A DNA stretch of 64,000 nt from Schizochytrium sp. TIO01. Taxonomy: Eukaryota; Protista; Bigyra: Labyrinthulomycetes. The stretch spans positions 1,216,747-1,280,746 of the forward strand of contig SMSO01000037.1 in assembly GCA_004764695.1 (NCBI GenBank), given 5' to 3'. The notes under the pieces are model-generated. The model searched no databases. It had not been told where the DNA came from and saw nothing but the letters and a program-made list of their open reading frames with translations. The position numbers were made by a program, and so were the translations under genes. Below are positions 53,376 through 63,312 of the stretch, piece after piece (positions within the stretch are counted from its first letter, which is position 1; each line of letters opens with the position of its first letter).

Positions 53376-53573
53376 CAGTTTGTCGTTGCTATTTTCTTGA
53401 GTCTCTGAGACTAAAGAACCAGCGCTACTACAGAGCTGGTTTGTAGACCTCGAGAAACTTAGTGGAACGAGGCAGCAACAAAGCAACGAAAGGGCTTTGT
53501 TCAAACATATTGCTTTGGTGGAGTGTTTCGGGGAAATCGAAGCTCACGCCAAGAGTATTGATTGCAAGGAGCC

Positions 53574-54278
53574 ATGAGACGAGCAACTCGGTATCAGCAA
53601 GCGTGTGAAGACTTCGATGCTTCAGAGCGGGCGTTTGGACAATGCAAACGATGTGGATTTTCATTGGCAGACCATCTGCGGCGAAATGAACCTGAGGAGG
53701 ACGGAGAGCACGACGATTTGAACACAGATACAGAAGAAGCCGCACCAGCTGAAGAGGAGGCAGCTGAGGAGGTTAATGAGCCCAAGGCTTGTGGAAACTT
53801 CACATTTGCTAAAGGAAGCTATGGTCTTTGTGTATGTGGTTTTCCAATGGAGGAACACAAAGCCGATGACCAGAAATCATCCACTTTTCGTCGATCCTTG
53901 AGACATCTTGCCAAGCGGATCAGTAAACGTGTCAGTAGCAAACGTGAGCCTTGCGAAAACTTTGCCATCGACTTGAATAGTGATCAATATGGTCAATGCA
54001 GTTGCGGGTTCACCAAACCTGAGCATGACAAAGCGGCAAAGCGACGAGCGGAGAAAGAGGCCCGCGCCCTTGCACGAACGAGAAGCACTCCAATTATGTC
54101 AGCTTCCGGAAAGATCGTGGGCCCATGTACTCACTTCGAGTTGGACATGAAGAGCGAGGGCGGGTATGGCGTTTGTGTCTGTGGCTTTCCTCGTGAAAGG
54201 CATCAAAATTTCACGATGCGCCCATCCGAGTGGGAGTCCGTGAAGAGTGCTCTGACGAAACCAAAGCCTTTTGAGTAA
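53574..54278 (+). CDS. Protein with four C-x2-F-x(8-11)-C-x(1-2)-CGF-x4-H putative zinc-binding repeats
   Basis: Repeats are CEDFDASERAFGQCKRCGFSLADH, CGNFTFAKGSYGLCVCGFPMEEH, CENFAIDLNSDQYGQCSCGFTKPEH and CTHFELDMKSEGGYGVCVCGFPRERH. First ATG is at 53574. Confidence 0.8.
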   Translation: MRRATRYQQACEDFDASERAFGQCKRCGFSLADHLRRNEPEEDGEHDDLNTDTEEAAPAEEEAAEEVNEPKACGNFTFAKGSYGLCVCGFPMEEHKADDQKSSTFRRSLRHLAKRISKRVSSKREPCENFAIDLNSDQYGQCSCGFTKPEHDKAAKRRAEKEARALARTRSTPIMSASGKIVGPCTHFELDMKSEGGYGVCVCGFPRERHQNFTMRPSEWESVKSALTKPKPFE

Positions 54279-55071
54279 TGACAGAGTTTATATATCTCTT
54301 GAAACTCATTGCCAAATGAGAAGCGGTGGTTTTATCTGTTCACGAAGAACCTTTCGCCATGACAATTATCTTGCAGACCTAGTCTTGCCAAAAGCTTACC
54401 TATGCTCCGGGGATTGCTCTATGAAACGAAGTTTTCTACGGTTTTATTGATCTTCATCTTTCGTAGATCGATCTGAAGACGAGTACCTTCTGTACTAGGA
54501 GTTGTAAAGATCTAAACTTTCCTCTCCATAGGTTTGTACAAGTGAATTGTTTTTGCTTTTCTTGAGCGCCTTCACTCAAGCCAAAACGAACTTGCCATAG
54601 TATAGGACTAGAGGTGAAGTATTAGCAACCCTGTTGACCCAATTATTAGAGTGGTCGTTCAGCAATTATTTCTCTCACGATTAAAACACAGGAAAAACTA
54701 TTGATGTTGGTCCTACAGTTTGGTTCAACTGTTAGACTATCTTGGAACGATCCTTCACTGGTACGATTTTTACTAGGAATTTTTGAACAAATACAAACTT
54801 AAAAAAATTGTTTTCTATTTTCTTTCTAAGATCTATTCTTGTAGTTCCTAATTTACTAGAATGTTCGCTCAAATAGATATGCCATCTAATCATTGTACGT
54901 TACGCATGTTCCATATATGATGAAAGAAATCTTCGTACCCTGCGGGTGAGAGTATGCAGTGTCATGCAGATTGCTCTGCGTTTGTAAACTGAACGCGTAC
55001 CCGAGGAATTATCTTCACCCGTTCCTTTCCAGCAAAAGCTCTAAAACGGGAAAAAATACAGATGGAAATAT

Positions 55072-56454
55072 TTAAGCCTCAATAGACACTACCGTATACT
55101 TCTGCTTACCTGACCGAATGAGAATAACCCGGCCTTCAGTAGCATGTTCCGCAAGGTCAATGATCAAGTTAGCATCAGTGATGCGTTTGTTCTGAACATA
55201 TAGACCACCACTAGAAGCAAGACGACGCGCTTCACCCTTTGACTTGACCGCTTTTGCAGCCACGAAAAGGTCAACAACAGAGCGACCCTGGACCTGATCT
55301 CCTTGCAGTGTGACACGCGGCATGTCGATGCTCAAGAGATCATCTGCAGTAAGCGCGCCCAGATCTCCACCAAAAAGTGCCTGAGTTGCAACCTCAGCGC
55401 GGTGTACACTAGCCTTACCGCGAACCATTTCCGTAACGCTTTGGGCAAGACGACGCTGAGCGTCTCGTTTTTCAGGAGCTGCGTTATGAGCCTCTACGAT
55501 TCCAGAGATATCCTCTACAGGGAGTTCAGTGAGCTTGTACAAAAGTTCCTCGACCATTTCGTCCTCCACACGAAGGAAGAACTGGTAAAACTCAAAGTCA
55601 CTGGTCTTATCCGGGTTGAGCCACACCGCGTTACCAGCACTCTTACCAAACTTCTCTCCCGCACGGTTAGTCAGGAGCGGGACTGTAACCCCAATGGCAT
55701 CTGAGACAGTGTCTTTAGGTGTCATACGACGAATCAGATCCAGCCCAGATGCAATGTTACCCCATTGGTCGCTGCCTCCAAGTTGGACGCAGCAGCCCTT
55801 GCTTTGGTATAGGTGCCAGAAGTCGTAACCTTGGAAGATCTGGTACGCAAACTCTGTAAAGCTCAAACCCTCATGTGCCGAGTCCGTGCCATCTCCAAGT
55901 CGAGCTTTGACGCTCTCGCGAGACATCATTGCGCTCACTCGAAAGTTGTGACCGACCTCTGCAAAGAAGTCAAACACTGACATAGGTGCGTACCAGTCAA
56001 GATTGTTCACAAGGATGGCCGAATTAGGTTCGCCTGCCTTGAAGTCCAAAAGACGCTCAATATCTAGCAAAAGACCCATTGCATTTGCATGAGCTGCCTC
56101 GCGGTCAAGCATTGGCCTTTCTGTAGAGCGGCCACTCGGATCGCCGATCATTCCTGTAGCGCCTCCCAGAAGTGCAATAGGTCTGAAGCCTTCTTTCTGA
56201 AAAGCCCGCAGTGCCATGAGACCAACAAGATGGCCAACGTGGAGACCATCTGCAGTGGGATCGAATCCAAGATAGACGCTGCAGACCTCGCCAGAGTCCA
56301 GTCGCACAAGACCGTCCTTTTCGGGCTCACGCTGCCACCATTTGGCTGGTGCTGATGCCGCTACCGCTTCTGGAGCATTCTTTAGGGACTCCAGTGAACC
56401 TGTAGATGCTGCCAAAAGTCTGCGGCTACGCAGACGAGTAAGGACGCGCTGCAT
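55072..56454 (-). CDS. YARS2: Tyrosyl-tRNA synthetase, bacterial-type, mitochondrial
   Basis: YLGFDPTADGLHVGH (HIGH), GDPSGRS.ER, EFAYQIFQGYDF, QLGGSDQWGNI, KFGKS (KMSKS) and an S4-like C-terminus. The Arg-rich N-terminus MQRVLTRLRSRRLL looks like a presequence. Confidence 0.95.
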   Translation of the reverse strand: MQRVLTRLRSRRLLAASTGSLESLKNAPEAVAASAPAKWWQREPEKDGLVRLDSGEVCSVYLGFDPTADGLHVGHLVGLMALRAFQKEGFRPIALLGGATGMIGDPSGRSTERPMLDREAAHANAMGLLLDIERLLDFKAGEPNSAILVNNLDWYAPMSVFDFFAEVGHNFRVSAMMSRESVKARLGDGTDSAHEGLSFTEFAYQIFQGYDFWHLYQSKGCCVQLGGSDQWGNIASGLDLIRRMTPKDTVSDAIGVTVPLLTNRAGEKFGKSAGNAVWLNPDKTSDFEFYQFFLRVEDEMVEELLYKLTELPVEDISGIVEAHNAAPEKRDAQRRLAQSVTEMVRGKASVHRAEVATQALFGGDLGALTADDLLSIDMPRVTLQGDQVQGRSVVDLFVAAKAVKSKGEARRLASSGGLYVQNKRITDANLIIDLAEHATEGRVILIRSGKQKYTVVSIEA

Positions 56455-57020
56455 CGCTTGAATATAGAGGCGCGGAACGTCACACGTGCTTCAATGAATT
56501 TTACTTGCAGTGCTTTCCTTTTGCTTTTCATTACATTTTTTTTGCAAATGAAGGGACTAAGATGGCCCTAGTGAGGTATAGCTATCCCTTATAATAGAAT
56601 GTATCACTAAGGCAGACTAGTAATTGTTGGACAAGGGATCTCGGGGGAGGACATGAGACACATCAGGTGACAATAGAAATATGGCTCTGTTTTCAATATA
56701 ACTTAGACCAACTTGCAATTCTTTTTAATTTAGCAGAACTCTGTATCAGTGAGATTTAAAAGTTCTTGTACCGTAATACACTTATAAAGGGTAAAGTGTA
56801 ACAGAATGTGTAAAAGTCACAGATATCAAACGTCCACGACCGGCTTTGGTTGCTTGCCAAATGTGCGATATAAAGTTGAATGTGTGAAATTGCAGGTATA
56901 CTTGAGTAGTATTTATGGAGAATCAAGGATAGTTTGTTGCTAAGTTCAGAATCAGTAACCAGGCCACCGCGAGTAAATCAGAAGTATTGAAGTCTGTAAA
57001 ATTGAATTATTTTGCATTTA

Positions 57021-60000
57021 TCAAAATAACGACGAGCTGTTTTTAGCTTTCTGGAATAAAGAAGTGCCAGTCAGCTTTGAACTGGGTGGCAGTTTCTCTT
57101 TGACGCTTCGAATCTCATCCTTTAGTTTGTCAATCTGTCTCAGATAATCGTTCGCAAGTTCTACCCCACCTCGAAGACTCGCCACGTCGACTTGAAGAGC
57201 GAATAGGTCGTTTGTTTGCTTTTCAATGCGCATGCTTAAGGTTTTTTGATCTTGAGCGAGACTGTTGCAATGTACTTCAATTTTCTTCTGTAAATCAGTA
57301 CCTGCCTTTTCCATCTTCTTTTCAATAAGGGAGGTTGTGGTTGCCTGAATTTGTGTAATTGTTTTGCCCTGCTTTTCAACATTCTCTACTCTAGCGTTCA
57401 AGCCTTTCAGGTTGGTCATCTTTCTTTCAATGGCCTTTAATCTGCTTACTACATCTGCATCAGTTTGGTCTGAGCGTTCAATTAACAAAGATGCAGGTGA
57501 AGAGTTAGGAAATGGTGCCTTCTGCTCCTCGAGAAATTTGACTTTGGCACAGAGAGTCGCAAGAGCCGCATCTTGTTTCACAGCATTAAGACTCTTAGCT
57601 TGTAGCTCAGCAATGATTTTATTCTGTTTTTGAAGCTGCTCTTCGAGTCTTCGTACTGCCGCATCTTGAGGCGGTGCAGCTTCGGGTGCCTCTTGAGGAA
57701 CAGGTACCTCCGAAGGAATTGTATCATTCTGCCCCTCAACTGGATTCATCATCATCTTCCTTTTTATCTCATTTACTCGCCGCTGTTGTGTGAGAGGAAG
57801 CTTGTCAAATACAGCGCTATCAGTCTCTTCAACAAACGCGATAAGGAATGGGTCCATGCGCACTTTATCGGTAGCTCGTAAGTAGCAATCAGCAAGCTTC
57901 CATTCAACAGCTTCATAAATAAGACTTGAGTTTGTACAGCGAATATCATGTCTTGTTAAAGACGATGGATGGCAACCTAACTTCTTCACCAAACACATTA
58001 AGGAGTTCAGCTGAGCTGGCGCGAGAGACCAGTCAAAGTCCTCATCGTCAATGAGAGTAACTAATGCACTCGTAGGCCCACCGTGCTCTAACGTTCTTGC
58101 TGCAAAGAAATTGACCCATTCTGCTTCGCTAGAGTACGCTTGACTCGAGCTATCCTTGTATTGGGAATCTGATTCAGAATCTTCGCTATGATCTGCTCCA
58201 CTCTCTTCATATCTTAGTTCAAGATCTCGGAGAGCTTCGACAGCTCTATATGTCAAGTTGATAGACTCAAGTAGTTGTTTACGTCTTGCTTGAACCTGGG
58301 CATCTTCTACAAGCAGCAAATAGAAATCTTCATCCTTCATACCATCCATTTCATTGCAAAACTCCTCAATAATAGACGCATTGCCCCACATTTGGTAAAT
58401 AACCTCTGAAATCGCAGCTTGTTTCGCCATTGTCCACATGCCTTCGTTATCGATTTTATCAGAATCGCCCTCCAAAATGATCTGAAATCTAACCTTTAGA
58501 AGTGCTGCTAGGTTTGCAGAGCTAGTTGCTAGACGCTGTTCAAAAGATTTGTCCAGTAAAGTACTAATCCTGGAGGCGATGGCTGGAAAGCGTCGAAGCT
58601 TTATGGGGAGATCCTCATCAAGCACCTCGTTCAGGACCAGGGTCTTGATAGAAGACCAAACCGTTGAAACAAGGGTTGGTACGATATCAGACTCGACTCT
58701 TGCAATGAGGTCACGAGAGAGCTGAACTCGTCTGAGAAATGTAGCAAAACCGGGTACCTCAGGCATAACTCGGTTCCACTGCGCAAAACAGATGCATAAC
58801 CACTCGTTTAGAGAGAACTCGAGTAAGTCATCGCATCTAGCTGATAACGCAGAAGCAATGTCTGCCTTTCTTAGGATAGTTGGATCTGTACCTAATTTCC
58901 ATACTTCTGTAAACAGGCGTTGCAGTTCATCCTTGCAGCGTTCGCGCTCCGCATAGACCCACTTCTCGCGCATGTACTTCTGGATCATCCCATTCAAACC
59001 TACCAGAACACCTCGCATGCCATGTTTAGTCGGGTCAAACTCGACACCCTCTGTCTCCAGGATATCTCTCAGAACTGCATCTTCGTTTTGGAACGACAAT
59101 CGAAGCTTATCAAGATTATCGTCTACTGATGTAATTCGATTAACCACAGGTATAACTGCATGGATATCTGCATCCCGAGGCATCACCATTGGGGACAGTT
59201 CGAGTCTTTCTTTCAGATCTAGGCTGCCACCGGCAACATCTACCTTTGATAAGACAATCACAGCAGGCTTTCCTGATTCTTTTAAAAGTCCCCAGATACT
59301 GCTGTTACGAAGGCTTTCATTACGAGCAGAAATGACTGCAATGACAAGAGCATGAGTTTTGCTAAGCATCTTGCGAGTGAGCTCAACAGTTCGCTGCCGA
59401 GCCTCCTCTGGAGCAGCAACAACTCCAGGAAGATCAATCAAATCTATTGTGGGTACGTTTGGTGCACGAATCTCGACTTGGATCTCGCGATCGGCGATAA
59501 CATTCGTTCCATCGTCATCGGGATGCTCAGCGAGAATGAACTCGCGAACGAGCTCGGCTACCTGCGACGAGAAGGGCTCACTGTTCTGATCACCAGTAGT
59601 GCATATCTGTGGTTCCATTTCTCTGACGATCTCACCACTCTCTGCGTCTTTGACGCGAAGTTGAACTTGGTTCTGGTGCAAGTGGCATCGCAGCATCAGG
59701 CGAATCGGCATTCGCGTGCAAAACATCTTGTCTCGTGGAAAAATATCACGCATTGCAATGCGTTCAAGAGTGGAGGACTTTCCTTGGTTTTCTTCACCGC
59801 AAACGATAATTTCGGGTAATTCAAGCTCAAAACTTCCTCGGACTCGAAGTGCCGCAGCAATAAGTCTACCATAAGGAGCGTCGGAGGCGCAAAGCATCTG
59901 GGAAATTCCGCCATGTTGTTCATTTGGGTCATTGAAGGCTCCTGACAGAGATCCCTCGAGAGAGTTCCATTCTTTCATAGTATGAAGGGCAGCTTTGTAG

Positions 60001-60242
60001 CCTTCCCGCCTACTCGCGGTAGCCAGCGTATCAAAAGCTTCTCGAATACTCTTCAGTTTATCTGTGTCTCGAGCGAACATAGGCACCTTCAATGCAGCGG
60101 CATAGGCAGCATTGACGACGTCATCAGTGATGTTTTCTTCGTCAGTACTAAGGTTTAGGAGGCCAAATGCTGACAGGTCAACCGAAGTCCAATCATCGAG
60201 GCTTCCACTCCGATCTCTATCCTCAATTTCGATTTCTGACAT
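57021..60242 (-). CDS. Atypical dynamin-superfamily (Mx/DRP-like) GTPase with N-terminal J-like domain and C-terminal coiled-coil extension
   Basis: G1 LPEIIVCGEENQGKSSTLE, G2 FPR....CTRMP, G3 LIDLPG, G4 SKVD and G5 VVNR. These are followed by a helical stalk and a GED-like LVEDAQVQARRKQLLESINLTYRAVEAL. Confidence 0.88.
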   Translation of the reverse strand: MSEIEIEDRDRSGSLDDWTSVDLSAFGLLNLSTDEENITDDVVNAAYAAALKVPMFARDTDKLKSIREAFDTLATASRREGYKAALHTMKEWNSLEGSLSGAFNDPNEQHGGISQMLCASDAPYGRLIAAALRVRGSFELELPEIIVCGEENQGKSSTLERIAMRDIFPRDKMFCTRMPIRLMLRCHLHQNQVQLRVKDAESGEIVREMEPQICTTGDQNSEPFSSQVAELVREFILAEHPDDDGTNVIADREIQVEIRAPNVPTIDLIDLPGVVAAPEEARQRTVELTRKMLSKTHALVIAVISARNESLRNSSIWGLLKESGKPAVIVLSKVDVAGGSLDLKERLELSPMVMPRDADIHAVIPVVNRITSVDDNLDKLRLSFQNEDAVLRDILETEGVEFDPTKHGMRGVLVGLNGMIQKYMREKWVYAERERCKDELQRLFTEVWKLGTDPTILRKADIASALSARCDDLLEFSLNEWLCICFAQWNRVMPEVPGFATFLRRVQLSRDLIARVESDIVPTLVSTVWSSIKTLVLNEVLDEDLPIKLRRFPAIASRISTLLDKSFEQRLATSSANLAALLKVRFQIILEGDSDKIDNEGMWTMAKQAAISEVIYQMWGNASIIEEFCNEMDGMKDEDFYLLLVEDAQVQARRKQLLESINLTYRAVEALRDLELRYEESGADHSEDSESDSQYKDSSSQAYSSEAEWVNFFAARTLEHGGPTSALVTLIDDEDFDWSLAPAQLNSLMCLVKKLGCHPSSLTRHDIRCTNSSLIYEAVEWKLADCYLRATDKVRMDPFLIAFVEETDSAVFDKLPLTQQRRVNEIKRKMMMNPVEGQNDTIPSEVPVPQEAPEAAPPQDAAVRRLEEQLQKQNKIIAELQAKSLNAVKQDAALATLCAKVKFLEEQKAPFPNSSPASLLIERSDQTDADVVSRLKAIERKMTNLKGLNARVENVEKQGKTITQIQATTTSLIEKKMEKAGTDLQKKIEVHCNSLAQDQKTLSMRIEKQTNDLFALQVDVASLRGGVELANDYLRQIDKLKDEIRSVKEKLPPSSKLTGTSLFQKAKNSSSLF

Positions 60243-61920
60243 TCCCCTTGCTCTGTTGTAAAGGTAGACTCTAGGTTATCTGGATTGGTATTTGGTTTTT
60301 ACATTAAGTCCAATTCAGTCGCCTTGCATTGGGTATTTACGAACTTGCAGATCTCCTTTTTAATGATCGAGGTTTTCCTTCTAGTTCAAGTATCATATAT
60401 TCTAGCTTGACCTATCCTTTACTTCTCAATCCCCCAATGTAATTTATATTTCTAAAAAGCACTTTAGTTAGAATCCGAAAAATCCGCTCTTGAGTTAAAA
60501 ACAAACAAGCAAATAAACAAACAAGGTAGAAGGAGTGGGTACTAGGACGTATTATGTACCTAACTACCCACAGTGTATAGGGGTAAGTTTTGGAGCTGCC
60601 ATGCCGGTGCACATATGTGTGTCCTTAATATTTGCAGTTTGTAGAGCAGTAGTCCAGCTGATCTTTTACTACTACCTAGTCGGCCGTGATTAGCATTCGA
60701 GCCAGGCTGCAAAAGAATTTTCGAAGACCTATCTACATGCGTACCACTCGATTAAAGATGCTAAACACCACCTGCTACAGGCTAAAGCCGCTGAGTTCTA
60801 TAGGAGCTTATAAAAGAGCACCGCGTTGATGAGTAAATAGCAGGCTTGACATATGATTAAATTTTAATTAACCAGCACGATATTCGTAGGCCATGCTGTT
60901 TTTCGCTGTTAAAGTCTTTCGTTTGAAAAAGAAGTAGAACTTAGTTTTTATGGCTCTGTGAATTCGACGTACCAATTGGCTAAATGGGAGAATATGCAGT
61001 CAGGCAGGTAGGTAAGTACCTACCTACTACATATCCCTTCGTTGGGCTTTTGACAATTTTATCGTTCAACTAACTTAGCCTTTGGAGTAACTCAAGCAGC
61101 TACTACCTAGAGGTACGAGTGCACGTGCATAGTTGTTTTATATTATATTATATTTTAATTTTATTTTTTTTAATTGAGGAGAAAGTGCCGCAAATGAGTT
61201 CTTGGCCCATTTTCCAAAAGCGAACAGACATGGCAGACACTGAACTCGTACCTTCAATTTGTAATAGTTTGAGCAGTAGTGCACACTATCCTCGAAAGTT
61301 TGATCTTTAATTTAAAAAAAATACATGCACTTTGCATCATTATATCTTCAAAAATCAATTCAGAGTGATGATTCTCTTCCATGAAAACATTGTCGTTGCA
61401 CGTGACGGCGACTTTCTAAACTGAACATGATTTTCCAAAAATAATGATAATAATAAATACGAGAAGAGAAGAGAAAAGAGCGCTTAGAAATCAAAAGCAG
61501 ACACCGATGGGCATCTTCTCTCACTTCGAAGCAGATACGCGGTATTCATGATGGCCAGCACATTATCGAATTGGTTATCACTAGGCCAAAAATGAAAAGA
61601 TGCTCTAAAAAAGTAAACTAAAAATGTTCATGTTCGTCAATAGTTGTGGCGAGCCAGCGTGCTAGTCGCTTCATCATACAATGCTGTTTGTGTGAGAAAT
61701 CACATAAGTTATGTATGTTTTATTTGCCCTTTTTAATTAAAAAATAAATAAAAATATTAATATATATGTATATAAATACTAATACGAACAGCTTCGACAA
61801 ACTCTCCTAAACATAGTTTCAATAGAAAGGCCAAGGCCTAAGGAACAAATAATGTATAATCTTTATATGGCGTTTCAATTCGACTATAGCCTATGCAGAC
61901 AAAGGGCCTTTCTTCAAACT

Positions 61921-62421
61921 ATGAAATAGAGGAGTGTCAGTAAGCTTTGGACCGGGTGGCAGTTTCTCTTTGCTAATTTTTATTCTCGTCCATTAGTTTG
62001 TCGATATGTACCAGATGGTCGTTCGCAAGTTCGACCCACCTTGGAGACGCGCCGCGCCAAGTTAGAGAACTGAAAATCGCTATCTTACCTTCTAGGCGCG
62101 TGCTTAATTCACTTTAATCCTGAGCGAAAGTACTCCAATGTTTTATATATTTATTTGTCGATTCATTTATTTATGTATTTTTTCTTTTTTTTAATGAGTA
62201 CTGTCTTTCCACCATCTTCTCAAAAAGGCAATTTGATTGGCCTTGCATAATTAATTGTTTCGCCTTGCTTTTCAGCATGCCCTTTTCAAGTCTAAACATT
62301 TTCCAGCTTAGTTATTTTCCCCGCGACGACCTTTAATTTGCTGCAGGTGAAGAGTCACGAAATGATGTGTTATGTTCCTCAAGAAATCTGACTTTGGTAC
62401 AGAGAATCACAACAGCCACAT
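61921..62421 (-). pseudogene. Degenerate same-strand copy of the 3' end of the dynamin-like gene (homologous to ~57051-57572)
   Basis: Shared blocks gggtggcagtttctctttg, ttagtttgtc, tcgttcgcaagttc, tgcttttca, tgcaggtgaagagt and agaaat(c/t)tgactttgg occur in collinear order, with indels and no ORF. Confidence 0.8.
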
Positions 62422-63204
62422 GCCGCTGCATTGATGTTCGCTCGTAACAAAGATAAATAGAGAAGTGCCCAAGAAGATTTAGGTACGCTAGCTCATGCGA
62501 GTAGGTGGGAAGGCTGCAAAGATGCTCTTTCTGCCATGCAAGAATGGAACTCACTCGATCAGGAGCCTTCAAATGAGCACCATGGCGGAATTTCTCAGAT
62601 GCTTTGCGCCTCCGACGCTCCTTATGGTAAACTTATTGCTGCTGCACTTCGAGTCCGAGGAAGTTTTGAGCTTGAGTTACCCGAAATTATCGTTTGTGGT
62701 GAAGAGACCCGCGGAAAGTCCTCCACTCTGGAACGCCTTGCAATGCGTGGTATTTTTTTTCAGATTATTTTGGAGGGCGATTCCGATAAAATCGATAACG
62801 AAGGCATGTGGACAATGGCGAAACAAGCTGTGGTTTCAGAGGTTATCTACTAATTGTGGGGCAATGCATCTATTGTTGAGGAGTTTTGCAATGAAATGGA
62901 TGGTATGGAGGATGAAGATTTCTATTTGCTGCTTGTAGAAGATGTTCAGGTTAAAGCAAGACGTAAACAACTACTTGAGTCTATCAACTTGACGTACAGA
63001 GCTGTTAAAGCTCTCCGAGATCTTGAACTAAGACTTGAAGAAAATGTAGCAGACCATAACGAAGATTTTGAATCAGACTCCCAATACGAGGATAGCTCTA
63101 GCGAAAGAGAATGGTTCAATTTCTTTGCAGCAAGAACGTTAGAGCACGGTGGGCCTACGAGTGCATTAGTTACTCTCATTGACGATGAGGACTTTGATTG
63201 GTCT
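62421..63204 (+). pseudogene. Inverted, internally deleted copy of the 5'/middle part of the dynamin-like gene
   Basis: Matches the reverse complement of ~60102-59739 joined to 58487-58026. It has an in-frame 1251-nt deletion (codons 169-585) and a CAA>TAA stop at 62851-62853. By eye there are about 17 differences in 273 nt over 62761-63033. Confidence 0.9.
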
Positions 63205-63312
63205 TGGGAGTCCACGACAAGGGCCCCGGAACTGGACTAATTGTAAGGTTCTCATCCACTTTCTTCCGACATGATCGCAACCGCAACCAGAACAACAATA
63301 TAAAGATAGTAT

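Noticed and set aside
41657-56454. tRNA-Tyr and TyrRS in the same window as a functional pair
   Set aside because: They are 13 kb apart with unrelated genes between. The tRNA is cytosolic-type (C1:G72, intron) and the synthetase is bacterial-type mitochondrial.
58488-59738. The 1251-nt segment missing from the inverted copy as a spliced intron (processed pseudogene evidence)
   Set aside because: There are no GT...AG boundaries in any register. The segment encodes core GTPase motifs, and the junction has TTTC microhomology typical of a DNA deletion.
62536-63240. Two in-frame ORFs separated by TAA as programmed stop-codon readthrough
   Set aside because: The TAA corresponds to CAA in the intact gene, and the copy lacks G2-G5 and is truncated, so a nonsense mutation in a pseudogene is simpler.
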